Below are positions 38,002-51,362 of a DNA stretch of 64,000 nucleotides, in pieces; position 1 is the stretch's first letter; the number at the start of each line of letters is the position of its first letter. The stretch covers positions 31,446,464 through 31,510,463 of the forward strand of contig NC_043011.1 in NCBI RefSeq assembly GCF_006345805.1, read 5' to 3'. The DNA comes from Octopus sinensis. Taxonomy: Eukaryota. The position numbers were made by a program, and so were the translations under genes. The notes beneath the pieces are model-generated. The model did no database searches. It saw only the letters and a program-made list of their open reading frames with translations, and had not been told where the DNA came from.

Positions 38002-38382
38002 TGTCTGTCTGTCTCTCTCTATCTCTATCTCTCTCTCTATCTCTCTCTCTCTCACACTCACACAATCTCTCTCCCACGTCTTTAGCTTTCAAATTTGAAA
38101 AAAATCTAAAAATCATTCATTGCCTGTCTAGATAATTCTTTCTTTTTATAAACTCTCTCTCTCTCTCTCTCCCTCTCTCTCATTCTTCCTCGCCCTCTTC
38201 AACTTTCTGATTTGAAAAACGAACAAAAAAGAAGAAAAAAAAGAAAACCTGTAAGAGATCACATCGAGATCAAAATACGTATATGCGACTGGAATTTTAA
38301 GTTTTGTTTTATTAAAAACAACCTTGATTTTCTCCTTTTCTAGATTAAACACATTTTAACTTTAATCATTATTAACCTTGAA

Positions 38383-38590
38383 TAAGGCAGCGAGCTGGCA
38401 GAATCGTTAGCACACCGGGCAAAATACTTAGCGGCATTTCGCCCTCCTTAACATTCTGAGTTCAAATTCCGCGCCGTCGACTTTGCTTTTTATCCTTTCG
38501 GAGTCGATACATTAAGTACCAGTGAAACACTGGGTTAAATAATCGACTAGTCCCCTCCCCTAAAATGTCAGGCCTTGTGCCTTTAATAGA
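38383..38590 (+). mobile_element. SINE family B, diverged
   Basis: ggcagcgagctggcagaatcgttagc head; gagttcaaattcc B box. Confidence 0.8.
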
Positions 38591-39059
38591 AAGGGTTACT
38601 AACCTTGAATTAACTAAGGACGAGTCTCCCTCATTAATTGGTAAAATGGATGGCCCAATCAAATTATCATTTTACAAAGTAATTAGCAACAATAACCCTA
38701 AAAGTGGTGAGCTTGTTGCTAATTTACACAATGTAGTATATCAGATCTTTTAATTAATCAATGTCTATGGCATGACTTTAGACTGCAGCCACTGGTAGGC
38801 TCAAGAGTTCCAGGGTCTTGAGGAGTTCGAAGCTACCTCTTGGTCACTATTATGTCCAGGTCTTTAAAAACCACAGGGGCCGACTTTCGGGTTCGATAAA
38901 ATAAGTAACAGTTGAGCACTAGCGTCGATGTAACCGACTTACACCCTCACCCCAAATTGCTGGCTTTGTGCCAAATTTTGAAACCATTATTACCAGCTCT
39001 ATTCTGACTCAGAGTTGTAGCACCTTTTATTTTGTTTTAATGGCCGGGTTCCAATCAGG

Positions 39060-39420
39060 CTGCAGCAACAAAATCTACTCGTCACACTTTTCGGCCCGAC
39101 ATCACTGCCTTGAGGTACTAGATACATTCAAGACTAATGTCTGCGATCAAGTTGTCAATGTAAGTGTGACGATGTTTACCTCTTCTTACATCACCATGAG
39201 GTGGGTTCCACAAGGCTAATTTGGGTGCTTCCAGTTCAGAGTGGCACTTGTAGTGACCAGATTGTCGCAGTCGTTTTTGCCTGATCTCGTTAACTTTCGG
39301 CATTAATTTATCATAAGTTGCTGCCATTTCACATTTAGGTATCTTTGTGTAGTAGCCATCAAGCCCGTTTGATAATTTCATTGTCAGTGTCCATGTTTCA
39401 CTGCCATAAAATAGCCCTTA
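39060..39420 (-). pseudogene. RTE-clade LINE 3' relic
   Basis: FYGSETWTLT, LDGYYT, IRQKRLRQSGH, LWNPPHG..RRG...YIDNL..D. Confidence 0.8.
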
Positions 39421-40221
39421 CCAGGGTCCAATCTATGAATTAATTAACATGTAGTATCAGGGTGGAGAGAGGCAGTCCTTTTCTGCTCTTTACAGCAATC
39501 TGCCTTGAAGAAGATCCTCTGCTCTAAAATCTCGATTCGGGGACCTTGCTGTCGCCATCCCAGATCGCTAGGTCATGGCAGCTGAACTCCGGGTGTAAAA
39601 GGTGGAGACAGCACTGCACACACTGCACTCCATGTTTTTAAAAACCATAGGGGTCGACTTTCGGGTTCGATAAAATAAGTAACTCCATTGTGCAGGCCTG
39701 AGAACGTGCCCATGTCCACAACCTACCCCCACTCACTTCTCCAGTCCTGCAGCGATGGGAACGGAGCGAAACAGCTGATGGATGATGGCACTGGGAGCCA
39801 TAGCTCCAATCCTGTATGCAGGTGGTACGGGATTTTAGTTGCCTGATGTTGACCTAGAGATGACTGCATCACTCGGCAGCAGCCTGGATAACCAAGCAGC
39901 CCCTTTCTTAGGGTCAGCACTGCTTGCTCCATACGGAAAGGGAGCCTACAAAAGTTGGCTTAATCAGTTAATTAGAAAATTCTAATTAATCAAAATTACT
40001 CATGTGATAAGAAGGGAAAAATATTAGCTAAATATTCGGTTTGGGAAAGAAAGCCAGGGGAGACAATCTCGAAATTTCAATAAATTGTATTAATTAGATC
40101 TTTAATAGTAGGGTGATAACTCAGGGCATGTTTCGGTTTTAGTAGACCTCCTCGGCGAACTATACACTTTATCAGAACTACAAGAGAAAACAAAAATGAC
40201 TTGATATGCATGTATGTATAT

Positions 40222-40291
<70 letters not shown>

Positions 40292-40485
40292 GGTACAAGA
40301 ATAGGACATTAAATCAAAGTTAAAAAAACAAAACAAATAGAGTGTATTAGGTTTACGATCAGGAAAAAATAGAAGGAAAAGATCTTTATGTTTCGAGCGT
40401 ACGCTCCTCTACAAAGCATGAGGAGAGAAATTAATGGAGAGGAAAAGAACAAAAGTGTCTAAATTAGACTGTCACTGCATACTGA

Positions 40486-40516
<31 letters not shown>

Positions 40517-41988
40517 CACTTACGCACTCACACACAGATATAAAGACCTGCTCGCACACACACACACATGCAATTGCACACACATTTACGCACGCACACA
40601 TACATACACACACGCACACATACACACACACACACACGTACTCACATACAGATATACAGGCCTACTCACACACACATACGCAGGGGGGGGGGGGCTTAAA
40701 CTCTGGTAACAACGGATACGTTTCATACAGCAAACTTTTCAAAATTAGTCTCCAAACTAACAACCCACGCTAAGCATCTTCCAATCAGACAAACAACTCG
40801 ATCTAGTTTTTCTTCTTCTTTTTCCTTACTTTACACCAAAAGAGCAATAAAAGGGAATGTGGGAAGTAACCAAAAGACTAAGAGCCGCACATAAAATAAT
40901 CTGGTGCTTGACTGAATTATTGTAATCACCCATCTCCCTCAACTGCTCAAGTCAAAATTCCCAGAGTCTGGAAAATGGGTTAAGTTATAACTATTGAAAA
41001 ATCTTTACAAAAACTTTATACTGAAGTAACATTACAAGGATACAGAGCTCCCTTATTCACGCTCTCGCCATATCTTAGACGGACTTAGCCATGATAGCAT
41101 TAAGCAAACATTCCTTAAGTTTCCTGTTCAGAGCGGATTTCGATCACTATAGTCACCACGGCATTACTCACGAACCTCATACAAAGAGTATATGCCAATG
41201 ATCTCATCCACCTGCTGCTCCTTATCCTCTTCTTCTTCTTTTTCTTCTTCTTCCTCATCCTCCTCAAAAATAGCAATAGCTTCAACAACTTTAACTACTG
41301 CAACGCCAATGACGACCACAACAGCGAAAATCCTGTACGTATGATCCTATCATCATCATCATTGGAAAAGTTTTTATACCTACTTATAAACTAAGTACTC
41401 AACGCTTCCTTAAAAAATAAAAATCACAAAACAGTGTTTGGAAAACAAATCTTTCAGGTGGCCAAGCCTAAGTAGGTTACAATAAACAAAGCTGCTAGAA
41501 ACTGTAGTTTCCTGAATAGAGTACTGCAAGAATCTGTCATCTTTCTTACTTTATTTGGAAGTATAACGTTATCAGTTTCCCAAAACAGACAGTCAAAACA
41601 GACAGATGACGTCAATGTTATCACCCTCGCTATTGCTCTGACACAACTGCATCAGTCCTGCAGCTACTCCTCCTCCTCCCACCGCGTTTCCTGCAGAAAC
41701 CAGCAAAACAATCTGGTCCCAAAGAAATAGTTTAAAAGTAGCACCTACCAAATATGCCCAACGTTTTTTCTTACAAGCAAAACCAAAGAACATTAAACTA
41801 TAATCAACCATCGTACTCTAGGTACACGAAGAAAACAAGAAATATTGTCAACTCTACAAGATTTGCAGCACATAACTAAAGACAGGAAAGAAAGCAAAAC
41901 GATGAACAAACCCCTTAAGAATACTCACATGCGCAATATTTCGTTCACAGTCGTTTGCAAATTTAGATTATTAGGGAGGAATAGTTGT

Positions 41989-42280
41989 TACGATAAACCA
42001 TTGCTGAGAGCCTAACGTTATCTGTAACAAGGGAGACGGTATAATTGGAGCAACGTTTCTTTAAATCTCACCTCATCGTTCTCACCCAGTCTGCTGTCTC
42101 TGGGATAACAGATGTAAGGAGATTCACAACAGGAACAGTGTCTGATTCTAAACGATCCAGACGTCTAGAAGCAAACTGTTTCGTCATCAAAAACTCAATG
42201 TCGGAAAGGCTTTTAAGAGATCTTCATGGGATTTCCCGCTGCAATTCCTTTCATATTCACATGAAAAATAACTTATTTAG
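41989..42280. repeat. unassigned dispersed repeat (copy 1; copy 2 at 45916-46215)
   Basis: Collinear over about 290 bp, roughly 80% identical by eye. Confidence 0.8.
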
Positions 42281-42334
42281 TTGTTATGCCGATCCTGTCT
42301 ATCTTCATTGACTAATCCTTTCCACTGGTTGTCA

Positions 42335-42605
42335 GCTACCAGCGCAGGCTCTGATGCTCGTCAGGCTGAGAAAAACAAACTGCCAAACTGTCAAGGTATC
42401 GGCAGAACTCCGGTACAGGTTCATGATCAAGCCTGTGGCAGCTAAGACCTCCGGTGTTCTTGGCTCCCGAACCATATCCCTGCTCAACGCCATCCGGGTG
42501 GAGACTGCTGTCCGCAAGTGCAGGGCCCGCGAGTCAGAGCAGCCGTTCCCGTGCATCTTGCTCGCTCTCCTCCGGAGCAATGCCTTTTCCATTTTGCTTG
42601 TTGTT
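42335..42605 (+). pseudogene. CRE/NeSL-like REL endonuclease relic
   Basis: AGSDARQAEKNK, YRFMIKPVAAKTSGVLG, RESE...LALLRSNAFSIL. Confidence 0.7.
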
Positions 42606-42623
42606 GCCATGAAAAATGTTTCT

Positions 42624-43073
42624 CATTTCTTTATTGCCTACAAGGGGCTAAACATAGAGGGGACAAACAAGGACAGACAAAGGGATTAAGTCGATTACAT
42701 CGACCCCAGTGTGTAACTGGTACTTAATTTATCGACCCCGAAAGGATGAAAGGCAAAGTCGACCTCGGCGGAATTTTGAACTCAGAACGTAACGGCAGAC
42801 GAAATACCGCTAAGCACTTCGCCCGGCGTGCTAACATTTCTTATTTCTTTATTGCCTACAAGGGGCTAAACATAGAGGGGACAAACAAGGACAGACGAAG
42901 GGATTAAGTCGATTACATCGACCCCAGTGTGTAACTGGTACTTAATTTATCGACCCCGAAAGGATGAAAGGCCAAGTCGACCTCGGCAGAATTTTGAACT
43001 CAGGACATAACGTCAGACGAAATACTGCTAAGCATTTCGCTCAGCGTGCCAACGTTTCTGCCAGCTCGCCGCC
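42624..43073 (-). mobile_element. SINE family B dimer with a single TSD
   Basis: TSD (gcc)atgaaaaatgtttct at 42606-42623 and 43071-43088. Confidence 0.92.
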
Positions 43074-43426
43074 ATGAAAAATGTTTCTATACTGTGAGAG
43101 GCAAGAGTCTTCGTTAATTCTTATTTTTGTAATTTCTGACCATTGTACATTACACTAGCTAAGGTATAGTTATACCGTCAGAAAATGCCTGAGTTGAGAT
43201 CCCTCCGCGACAAACTACTGTGAATACACAACAGCGCTCTTCCTCTTCACTTCAGCCCACACCGGCTCACCAACGCAAGCAGGTACACGCAGACACGGCT
43301 GTGTGATTAAGATGCTCGCTTTGCAACCACGCTGTTTCGGGTTTAGTCTTCTATATCTCCAGTCCGAACCAATGCCATGTAAATGGATTCGGTAGACGGG
43401 AACTGTGTTGTGTGGAAGCCCGTCGT

Positions 43427-43533
<107 letters not shown>

Positions 43534-43585
43534 TGTTTAGCCCCTCCAACTCACCTCTTGACAACCTATGCTATATTAGCATAAT

Positions 43586-44005
43586 AAAAAGGCGGCGAGC
43601 TGGCAGAAACGTTAGCGCGCCGGGAGAAATGCTTAGCGGTATTTCGCCTCTCGTTACGTTGTGAGTTCAAATTCCGCCGAGGTCGACTTTGCCTTTCATC
43701 CTTTCGGGGTCGATTAAATAAGTACCAGTTACGCACTGGGGTCGATGTAATCGACTTAATACCTATGTCTGTCCTTGTTTGTTCCCTCTGTGTTTAGCCC
43801 CTTGTGGGTAATAAAGAAATAGGTATTTCTTCTGTCGTTACGTTCTGAGTTCAAATTACGCCGAGGTCGACTTTGCCTTTCATCCTTTCGGGGTCGATAA
43901 ATAAAGTGCCAGTTACGCACTGGGGTCGATGTAATCGACTTAATCCCTTTGTCTGTCCTTGTTTGTCTCCTCTGTGTTTAGCCCCTTGTGGGTAGTAAAG
44001 AAATA
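43586..44005 (+). mobile_element. SINE family B dimer nested in an old SINE-A (43295-44180)
   Basis: 13-bp TSD tatgctatattag at 43567-43579 and 44006-44018. Confidence 0.92.
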
Positions 44006-44794
44006 TATGCTATATTAGGCTTGTTTAAGTCGCCTGTTACTTAGTGGTTCGGCAACAGAAACTGATAGAATAATTAAAACTGATAGCAAGTTTTACAGTT
44101 GTACAGGGTAGATTTTTCGACAAAACTCACCAAAGCGGTGTCCCAGGAAGTCACAGTCCAATGACTAAAATAAGTTTTAAAATAAAAAATAAAACAAAGT
44201 AAGAAAAATTATTAAAAATAAAAGACCAAACAGACATGCAAGGGGCATATTTTGTTAATGCAGAAAACCCTATCCCATGTAATTCCTCATACAGCACGTT
44301 CAGTCAATCACACACGCCTAGGTTCCTATCTAAGGTACTCCAAAACCTATACTATATCATTCTAGGAACATTATAAATCCCATATAGTCCCTACAAACAG
44401 AAACCAGATACAACAAAAGCTGTAGCATTAATGACCTCAGCAATTCCCATATAGTGTTCTGGTATCGAACACTCCGCAAGAGAAGTAAATTTTCACCGGT
44501 CGAACCCAGTAGGTACTTTAGTTACCATATATACTTACGATTAGGTAACGAAAAGCAACTGCTGCCTGAATATACGAAGGGCAGTTTATTGTCGCATCAA
44601 CAACTCCTGTCACAGCATGCACGATCACTCCCAAACACTCGAACACTTCTTCAACAGTAATATCACACATTATTCTAAATACGTTTCTCTTCTCACTCAG
44701 TCCAGACAAACACACAAAAAGCACTTACACACAGTATTCAACATTAATAACCGCATAAATCCCCAAACACTTTACTGAGAATAAATGCAGAGAA

Positions 44795-45022
44795 ATACCT
44801 ATTTCTTTATTACCCACAAGGGGCTAAACACAGAGGGAACAAACAAGGACAGACATAGGTATTAAGTCGATTACATCGGCCCCCAGTGCGTAACTGGTAC
44901 TTAATTTATCGACCCCGAAAGGATGAAAGGCAAAGTCGACCTCGGCGGAATTTGAACTCACAACGTAACGACAGACGAAATACCGCAAAGCATTTCGCCC
45001 GGCTTGCTAACGCTTCTGCCAG
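44795..45022 (-). mobile_element. SINE family B
   Basis: Monomer plus the stub of a further unit. Confidence 0.85.
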
Positions 45023-45385
45023 CAAATACCAACTGTCTGTGCTCCGGTAATGTCCACCTCACCCGACACTAATGTGGCTAACACCGTTACTGGCATATGA
45101 CATCAAAGTGGGCAGTATGGCATGGGGGATCAAGATGCAACAAAGCAACCAGACAATAAACCGCTGTATTTCTTTGCGAGCGTAATATAATCTGCTACTG
45201 GGCGAGGGCATGGCCTATATCTACAGCGAGAGATGTGCGGGTCGCACCTCGTTGTTTAACCGAGTGACTCTTGTTACAGAATTCGCCCGAGGTGAATGTG
45301 AAATTGAAATAAAAAAACAAAAAAATAACAGCAGCGGTTGTAACAGTAGTAGCAATAGTAACAACAGCAGCAGCAGCAGCAGTGG

Positions 45386-45600
45386 TGGCGCAATGGCGCA
45401 ATGGCCCAGTGGTTAGGGCAGGGGACTCGCGATCGTAAGGACGTGGTTTCGATTCTCAGACCGGCATTGTGAGTGTTTATTGAGCAAAAGCACCTAAGCT
45501 CCACGAGGCACCGGCGGGTAGTGGTGGTGGTGGTGAACCCCACTGTACTCTATCACCACAACTTTCTTTCACTCTTTCTTCCCACTTCTGTCACAAAACA
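45386..45600 (+). mobile_element. SINE family D 5' part
   Basis: ggcgcaatggcccagtggttagggcag head. Confidence 0.8.
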
Positions 45601-46279
45601 GAGGAACCATGGTGTAACCCACTATGGTATGATAAGTTTTCAGACCCTAGTCTGGATTGCAAATCATCTGTACCCCAGGATGGTTCAGCTCTACACCCGT
45701 GAGTTCAGCTCTACACATAGCGTGAGGTGGGTGGATCTTCAAGTTGCAACACGCATTCTTAGTAGCTTAGAGTAGGATCGAATTAGAGATTATTCTTTGG
45801 CGTGAGTCCTGATTGGAAGAAGAAGACAGCAGCAGAATTAGCAACAATAATCTTTCGAGAAGACACTGGGCAGTTCGGGTAATAGGATATACCCAGATTA
45901 TTACACTGCAATCCGTACGATAAACCATTACTGAGAGATCCACCGTGATTCATAACAAGGGAGACGGTATAATTGGAGAAATGTTTCTTTAAATCTCACC
46001 TATTTTTTCTCACCCAGTCTGCTGCATCTGGGATAACAGATATAAGGGGCTGCGCAACAGGGACAGTATCTGATTCTTAATGACCCAGGCGTCTTGTAAC
46101 AGATAGAAGCAAACTGTTTCGCCATCAAAAACTCAAACATCAGAGAGGCTCTTAAGAGAACTTCATGGCACTTCCCGCTACAATTCCTTTCATATTCACA
46201 TGAAAAATAACATATTTCACATAGTAATAATAATGACCAGCAATAACTAATAATAATGATGATGATGATGATGATGATG

Positions 46280-46318
<39 letters not shown>

Positions 46319-46332
46319 TAATAATAATAATG

Positions 46333-46390
<58 letters not shown>

Positions 46391-46413
46391 TAATAATAAT
46401 AATGATAATAATA

Positions 46414-46971
46414 AATGCCCTGATGCAGTACCAGGCAGCGGCTCACATGGCTTCTGATCTTAACTGACTGGAAGTGTTATCATGTACATTGTTTTGTCTT
46501 GGTATAAAAGATGGGCTACAGCAAATATTTTGCTCAATACCACAGATTTGCTTGTCAGTTGTTTGACCGTAACCAGTTGAGCATGTCCCTTAGTGGCTGA
46601 CGATATGTGCATCTCTGATCACGAGTAGAAGTAGTGGAGGAGCATCATAACCATGTGTTGAGAGGGATTCTTTGGGGTTTGAATGATTCACCTCTGGAAA
46701 CATGGGTGTTTCGTTCAACATACTTAAACAACCCTTAATCAGGGACCTTTTGAGTGGGATGGGTTACCCAACCAGAAGAAAATTCTAACTGGGCCCCACC
46801 CGCAAGGTCATGCGCTATTTATCTTGTTATGAGATCACCATGTCGCACACATATGGTTGTGATGCATGTGCCTGGTGTACCCTTATCAGACGGGTAGTCA
46901 TGATGGGTATACTGGGCTTCGTATATTTGTACCCCAGTGTCACTTTGATGGCATGCACTGCTCTCTCACTC
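46414..46971 (+). mobile_element. family G non-coding retroposon embedded in (AAT)n
   Basis: Ends gcactgctctctcactc(AAT)n; other pieces at 47405-47439, 50327-50553 (+) and 50601-50891 (-). Confidence 0.75.
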
Positions 46972-47039
<68 letters not shown>

Positions 47040-47044
47040 TCCCT

Positions 47045-47230
47045 TCTGAGGGAGGGGACTAGTCGGTTGCATCGACCCCATTATTTCACTGGAACTTAAT
47101 TTATCGGCCCGGAAAAGATGAAAGGCAAAGTCGACCTCGGAGGAATTTGAATTCAGAACGTAAGGACGGACGAAATGCCGCTAAGCGTTTTGTCCGGCAT
47201 ACTAACCGGTTCTGCCAGCTCACCGCCTTA
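47045..47230 (-). mobile_element. SINE family B, diverged
   Basis: Reverse-complement match to the family B head and core. Confidence 0.75.
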
Positions 47231-47258
47231 GTAATAATGATAGTAATAATAATAATGA

Positions 47259-47346
<88 letters not shown>

Positions 47347-47493
47347 ACTACTACTACTGCTGCTGCTGCTACTACTACTACTACTACTAGTAATAATAAT
47401 AATAGTGCCACTTTGATGGCATGCGCTGCTCTCTCACTCAATAATAACAACAACAACAGCAACAACACCACCACCAACAACAACACCACCACC

Positions 47494-47525
<32 letters not shown>

Positions 47526-47550
47526 CAATAATAATAATAATAATGATGAC
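47230..47550. repeat. compound trinucleotide array (AAT/TAC/TGC/AAC/ACC)
   Basis: Direct reading. Confidence 0.95.
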
Positions 47551-47940
47551 TAATAACTATTGTGATTTAGAAATAACTGTTCCAAGTGTTTACTGAGAAT
47601 TCTGTAAAGAGGATATGACACGTGTTCATACATACATACATACATACATACATACATACATACATACATACATACATACATACATGCATGCAGGCATTGC
47701 TATATGCATACATACGTACATACGTACATATATACATAAATTCATTCGGGCCACTCACTCACACACATACACACATACACACGTATAACCACCACCACCA
47801 CACCACCACCACCACCACCACCACCATCACTACCACCACCACTAACAACAACAAAACCATCATCATCATCATCATCATCATAACCACGGGCAACCGTTAA
47901 AACTGTGCAGAATTCAATTGTGTATGTATGTGTGTGTATG

Positions 47941-47982
<42 letters not shown>

Positions 47983-48587
47983 TTGTGAAAATGCTGTTTT
48001 TAAACAGATAGCTGTATAAAAAAATAAATAAATAGATACAAAAACAATGAAGATATGAGAAATGGGACATGGCTGCATCTCCGAATGTAAGGAAACTCGT
48101 AAGTCCATATTTCGATATTCTTCGAATTTTTGTAGTTTGTCAATTTATATTTATTGTTATTTAGCTCAAGGTCAAAACTTCATTAAGAAGAGACAAGATC
48201 AAAGTCCTTTCAGTTAAGGCCATCCTTATTTAAGGATATTTAGGACAACCGGTTGCCGCTTGTACATTTACCCATTATTTTAAACGTAACAACTGAACCA
48301 TTATTCAAACAAATTGAAACATCTTATTCGCAAAAGTAGTTGCAAATGTTGTATAAATCTTCCAGCCGCCATATTTAATTAAGGGTAAACAAAGTCCCAA
48401 TAGAAAGGATTGTTTACCCTAAATTAAATATGATGGCCCAAACAAAATGTGAACAAATTGTAGCATTGAAAATGGCTGCTATAAAGTATTGTGAGGTGAT
48501 AAAGCATTGAGAAGAGATTTAAGGACTATGGCGAAAACAAAGGATGGCCGTTTTGAATTGCAAATATTCTTTTCTTTTATTCTTTTA

Positions 48588-49023
48588 TTCTTTTACTTGT
48601 TTCAGTCATTTGACTACGGCCATGCTGGAGCACCGCCTTGAAGAGTTTTAGTCGAAGAAATCGACCCCAGGGCTAATTTTGTTTTAAGCCTAGTACTTAT
48701 TCTATCGGGCTCTTTTGCCGAACCGCTCTGTTACGGGGACGTAAACACACCAACACCGGTTGTCAAACGCTGATGGGGAACAAACACAGACACAAACACA
48801 CACACACAGGCACATATACGCACACACACGCACACAAAGACACACACATATGTATATATATTTATATATATATATACACACGACGGGCTTCTTACCGTCT
48901 ACCAAATCCACTCACAAGGCTTTGGTAGGCCCGAGGCTATAGTAGAAGCCACTTGCCTAAGGTTTCACACTGTGGGACTGAACCTGGAACGTTGTGGTTG
49001 GGAAGCAAGCTTCTTATCACACA
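48588..49023 (-). mobile_element. SINE family A
   Basis: Collinear match. Confidence 0.85.
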
Positions 49024-49054
49024 AATACATCTGCTGCAAATATGTGTTAAATAT

Positions 49055-49648
49055 TTATTTCTTTATTGCCCATAGGGGTCTAAACATAGAGGGGACAAAC
49101 AAGGACAAACAAAGGGATTAAATCGATTACATCGACCCCAGTGCGCAACTGGTCATTATTTCATCGACCCGAAAGATGAAAGACAAAGTCAACCTCGGCG
49201 AAATTTGAACGTAACAGCATATCAAATACCTATTTCTTTACTGCCCACAAGGAGCTAAACACAGAAGGGATAAACAAGGACAGACAAACGGATTAAGTCG
49301 ATTATATCGACCCCCAGTGCGTAACTGGTACTTAATTTATCAACCCAGAAAGGATGAAACGCAAAGTCGACCTCGGCAGAATTTGAACTCAGAACGTAGC
49401 GGCAGATGAAATACCTATTTCTTTACTACCCACATGGGGCTAAACACAGAGAAGACAGACAAAGACAGACAAACGGATTAAGTCGATTATATCGACCCCA
49501 GTGCGTAACTGGTACTTAATTTATCAACCCAGAAAGGATGAACGGCAAAATCGACCTCGGCGGAAATTGAACTCAGAACGTAACGGCAGACGAAATACCG
49601 CTAAGTATTTCGCCCGGCGTGCTGACAATTCTGTCAACTCGCCGCCCC
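49055..49648 (-). mobile_element. SINE family B trimer
   Basis: Three monomers joined at aaatacctatttc junctions. Confidence 0.88.
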
Positions 49649-49928
49649 ATATGTGTTAAATATTGTCAATGAATATAAGTCAACCTCAAAGTTTTCATTA
49701 ACCAATACCTAAATCTTTTTGATAATTGATAAATACACATGCCACACCGATATATTATATAATGGCATAGATAGAGGGTGTGACACTCAGGACACCTTGA
49801 GTTTGCCAGGGCACATAAGCCTTTACAGTAAACCCTAAAAAGGCTGCTCATATCGAAGCATCGTTCGGCGATATCTTGTGAATGGAATTTTGGTTGGCAA
49901 TCGTTAAAACTGTGCAGAACTCCATTGT

Positions 49929-49994
<66 letters not shown>

Positions 49995-50295
49995 ATGTGT
50001 GCTCCCATATGTTTGATACAGCACAGTGGGTAACAAGGAAAATGACTTTGCGTGAAAAAGGTAATATATCCACCTGATAAAATATAGTTCGATAGAATAA
50101 GTTGCAGACAGACCAGGTCGATATGATCAATTGAAACCGGTGATGTCAGTGCCAATGATTGAAGCCATTAAATGTTCAATTACTGCAACCATTAAAAGAA
50201 TAAAAGAAACAATTTTGGCTAATATTGGTTTAGACGTGTCTTCTAATTACGTAACGGAACGGGAAGAGGTTGTGCACACCGAAAGTTCCCCTTAC

Positions 50296-50326
<31 letters not shown>

Positions 50327-50553
50327 GGACCTTTTGAGCGGGATGGGCTACTCAACCTGAAGAAATTTCTAACTGGGCCCCACCTGCAAGGTCATGTGCT
50401 GTTTATCTTGATATGAGATCACCATGTCGCGCACATATGGTTGTGATGCATGTGCCTGGTGTACCTTATCAGACGGGTAGTCATGATGGGTATATTGGGC
50501 TTCGTATATTTTAACCCAGTGTCACTTTGATGGCATGCACTGCTCTCTCACTC

Positions 50554-50584
<31 letters not shown>

Positions 50585-50911
50585 TTAATAATAATAATAA
50601 TCATGGGGTCTAGTTAGAATTTTCTTCACGTCGAGTAGCCCATCCCGTTCAAATGGTTCCTGAATAAAGGTGGTTTAGGGGTGTTGAACGAAACACCAGT
50701 GTTTCCAGAGGTGAATTATTGAAACCCCAAAGAATTCCTCTCAACACATCGCTATGATGCTCCCCAACTACTTCTGCTCGTGATCAGAGATGCACATATT
50801 ATCAGCCACTAAGGGACATGGTCAACTGGTTACGGTCAAGCAACTGAGAAGCAAATCTGTGGTACTGAACAGAATATTTGTTGTAGCCCATTATTATTAT
50901 TATTATCATCA

Positions 50912-51039
<128 letters not shown>

Positions 51040-51311
51040 GCCTTTGCACAGCTTCTAACGCTGGAGATGTACTACAGTGTCAGCTGTTCACTACGATTGA
51101 ACAAAGGTAACACCTCTTATTCTTCGAGCACCTTCCGGAGTATTCGAGCGGTTCCAAGCAGTGCTGTTTTCTGCAAGTGCTCCACTCATATTGCAACCCC
51201 TATTTGTTCCACGTACCTCCCGAGATTTTTGCTCACTGTTGCCAGGGCTCCGACAATTATTGGTACTACTGCTATCTTTTTCATCGACCACAACTGCTTA
51301 ACTTCCCAAGC

Positions 51312-51312
<1 letters not shown>
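51040..51312 (-). mobile_element. R4/Dong-clade LINE, 5'-truncated, in (TAA)n
   Basis: AWEVKQLWSMKKIAVVPIIVGALATV...*VEHLQKTALLGTARILRKVLEE*; (ATT)n on both sides. Confidence 0.8.

Positions 51313-51359
<47 letters not shown>

Positions 51360-51362
<3 letters not shown>

Noticed and set aside
40700-41950. Non-microsatellite A-rich stretch as a possible exon or LINE
   Set aside because: No recognisable motif or sustained frame in the parts I translated; left unassigned.
47220-47560. Poly-L, poly-V and poly-A ORFs
   Set aside because: Translation of compound trinucleotide microsatellites.
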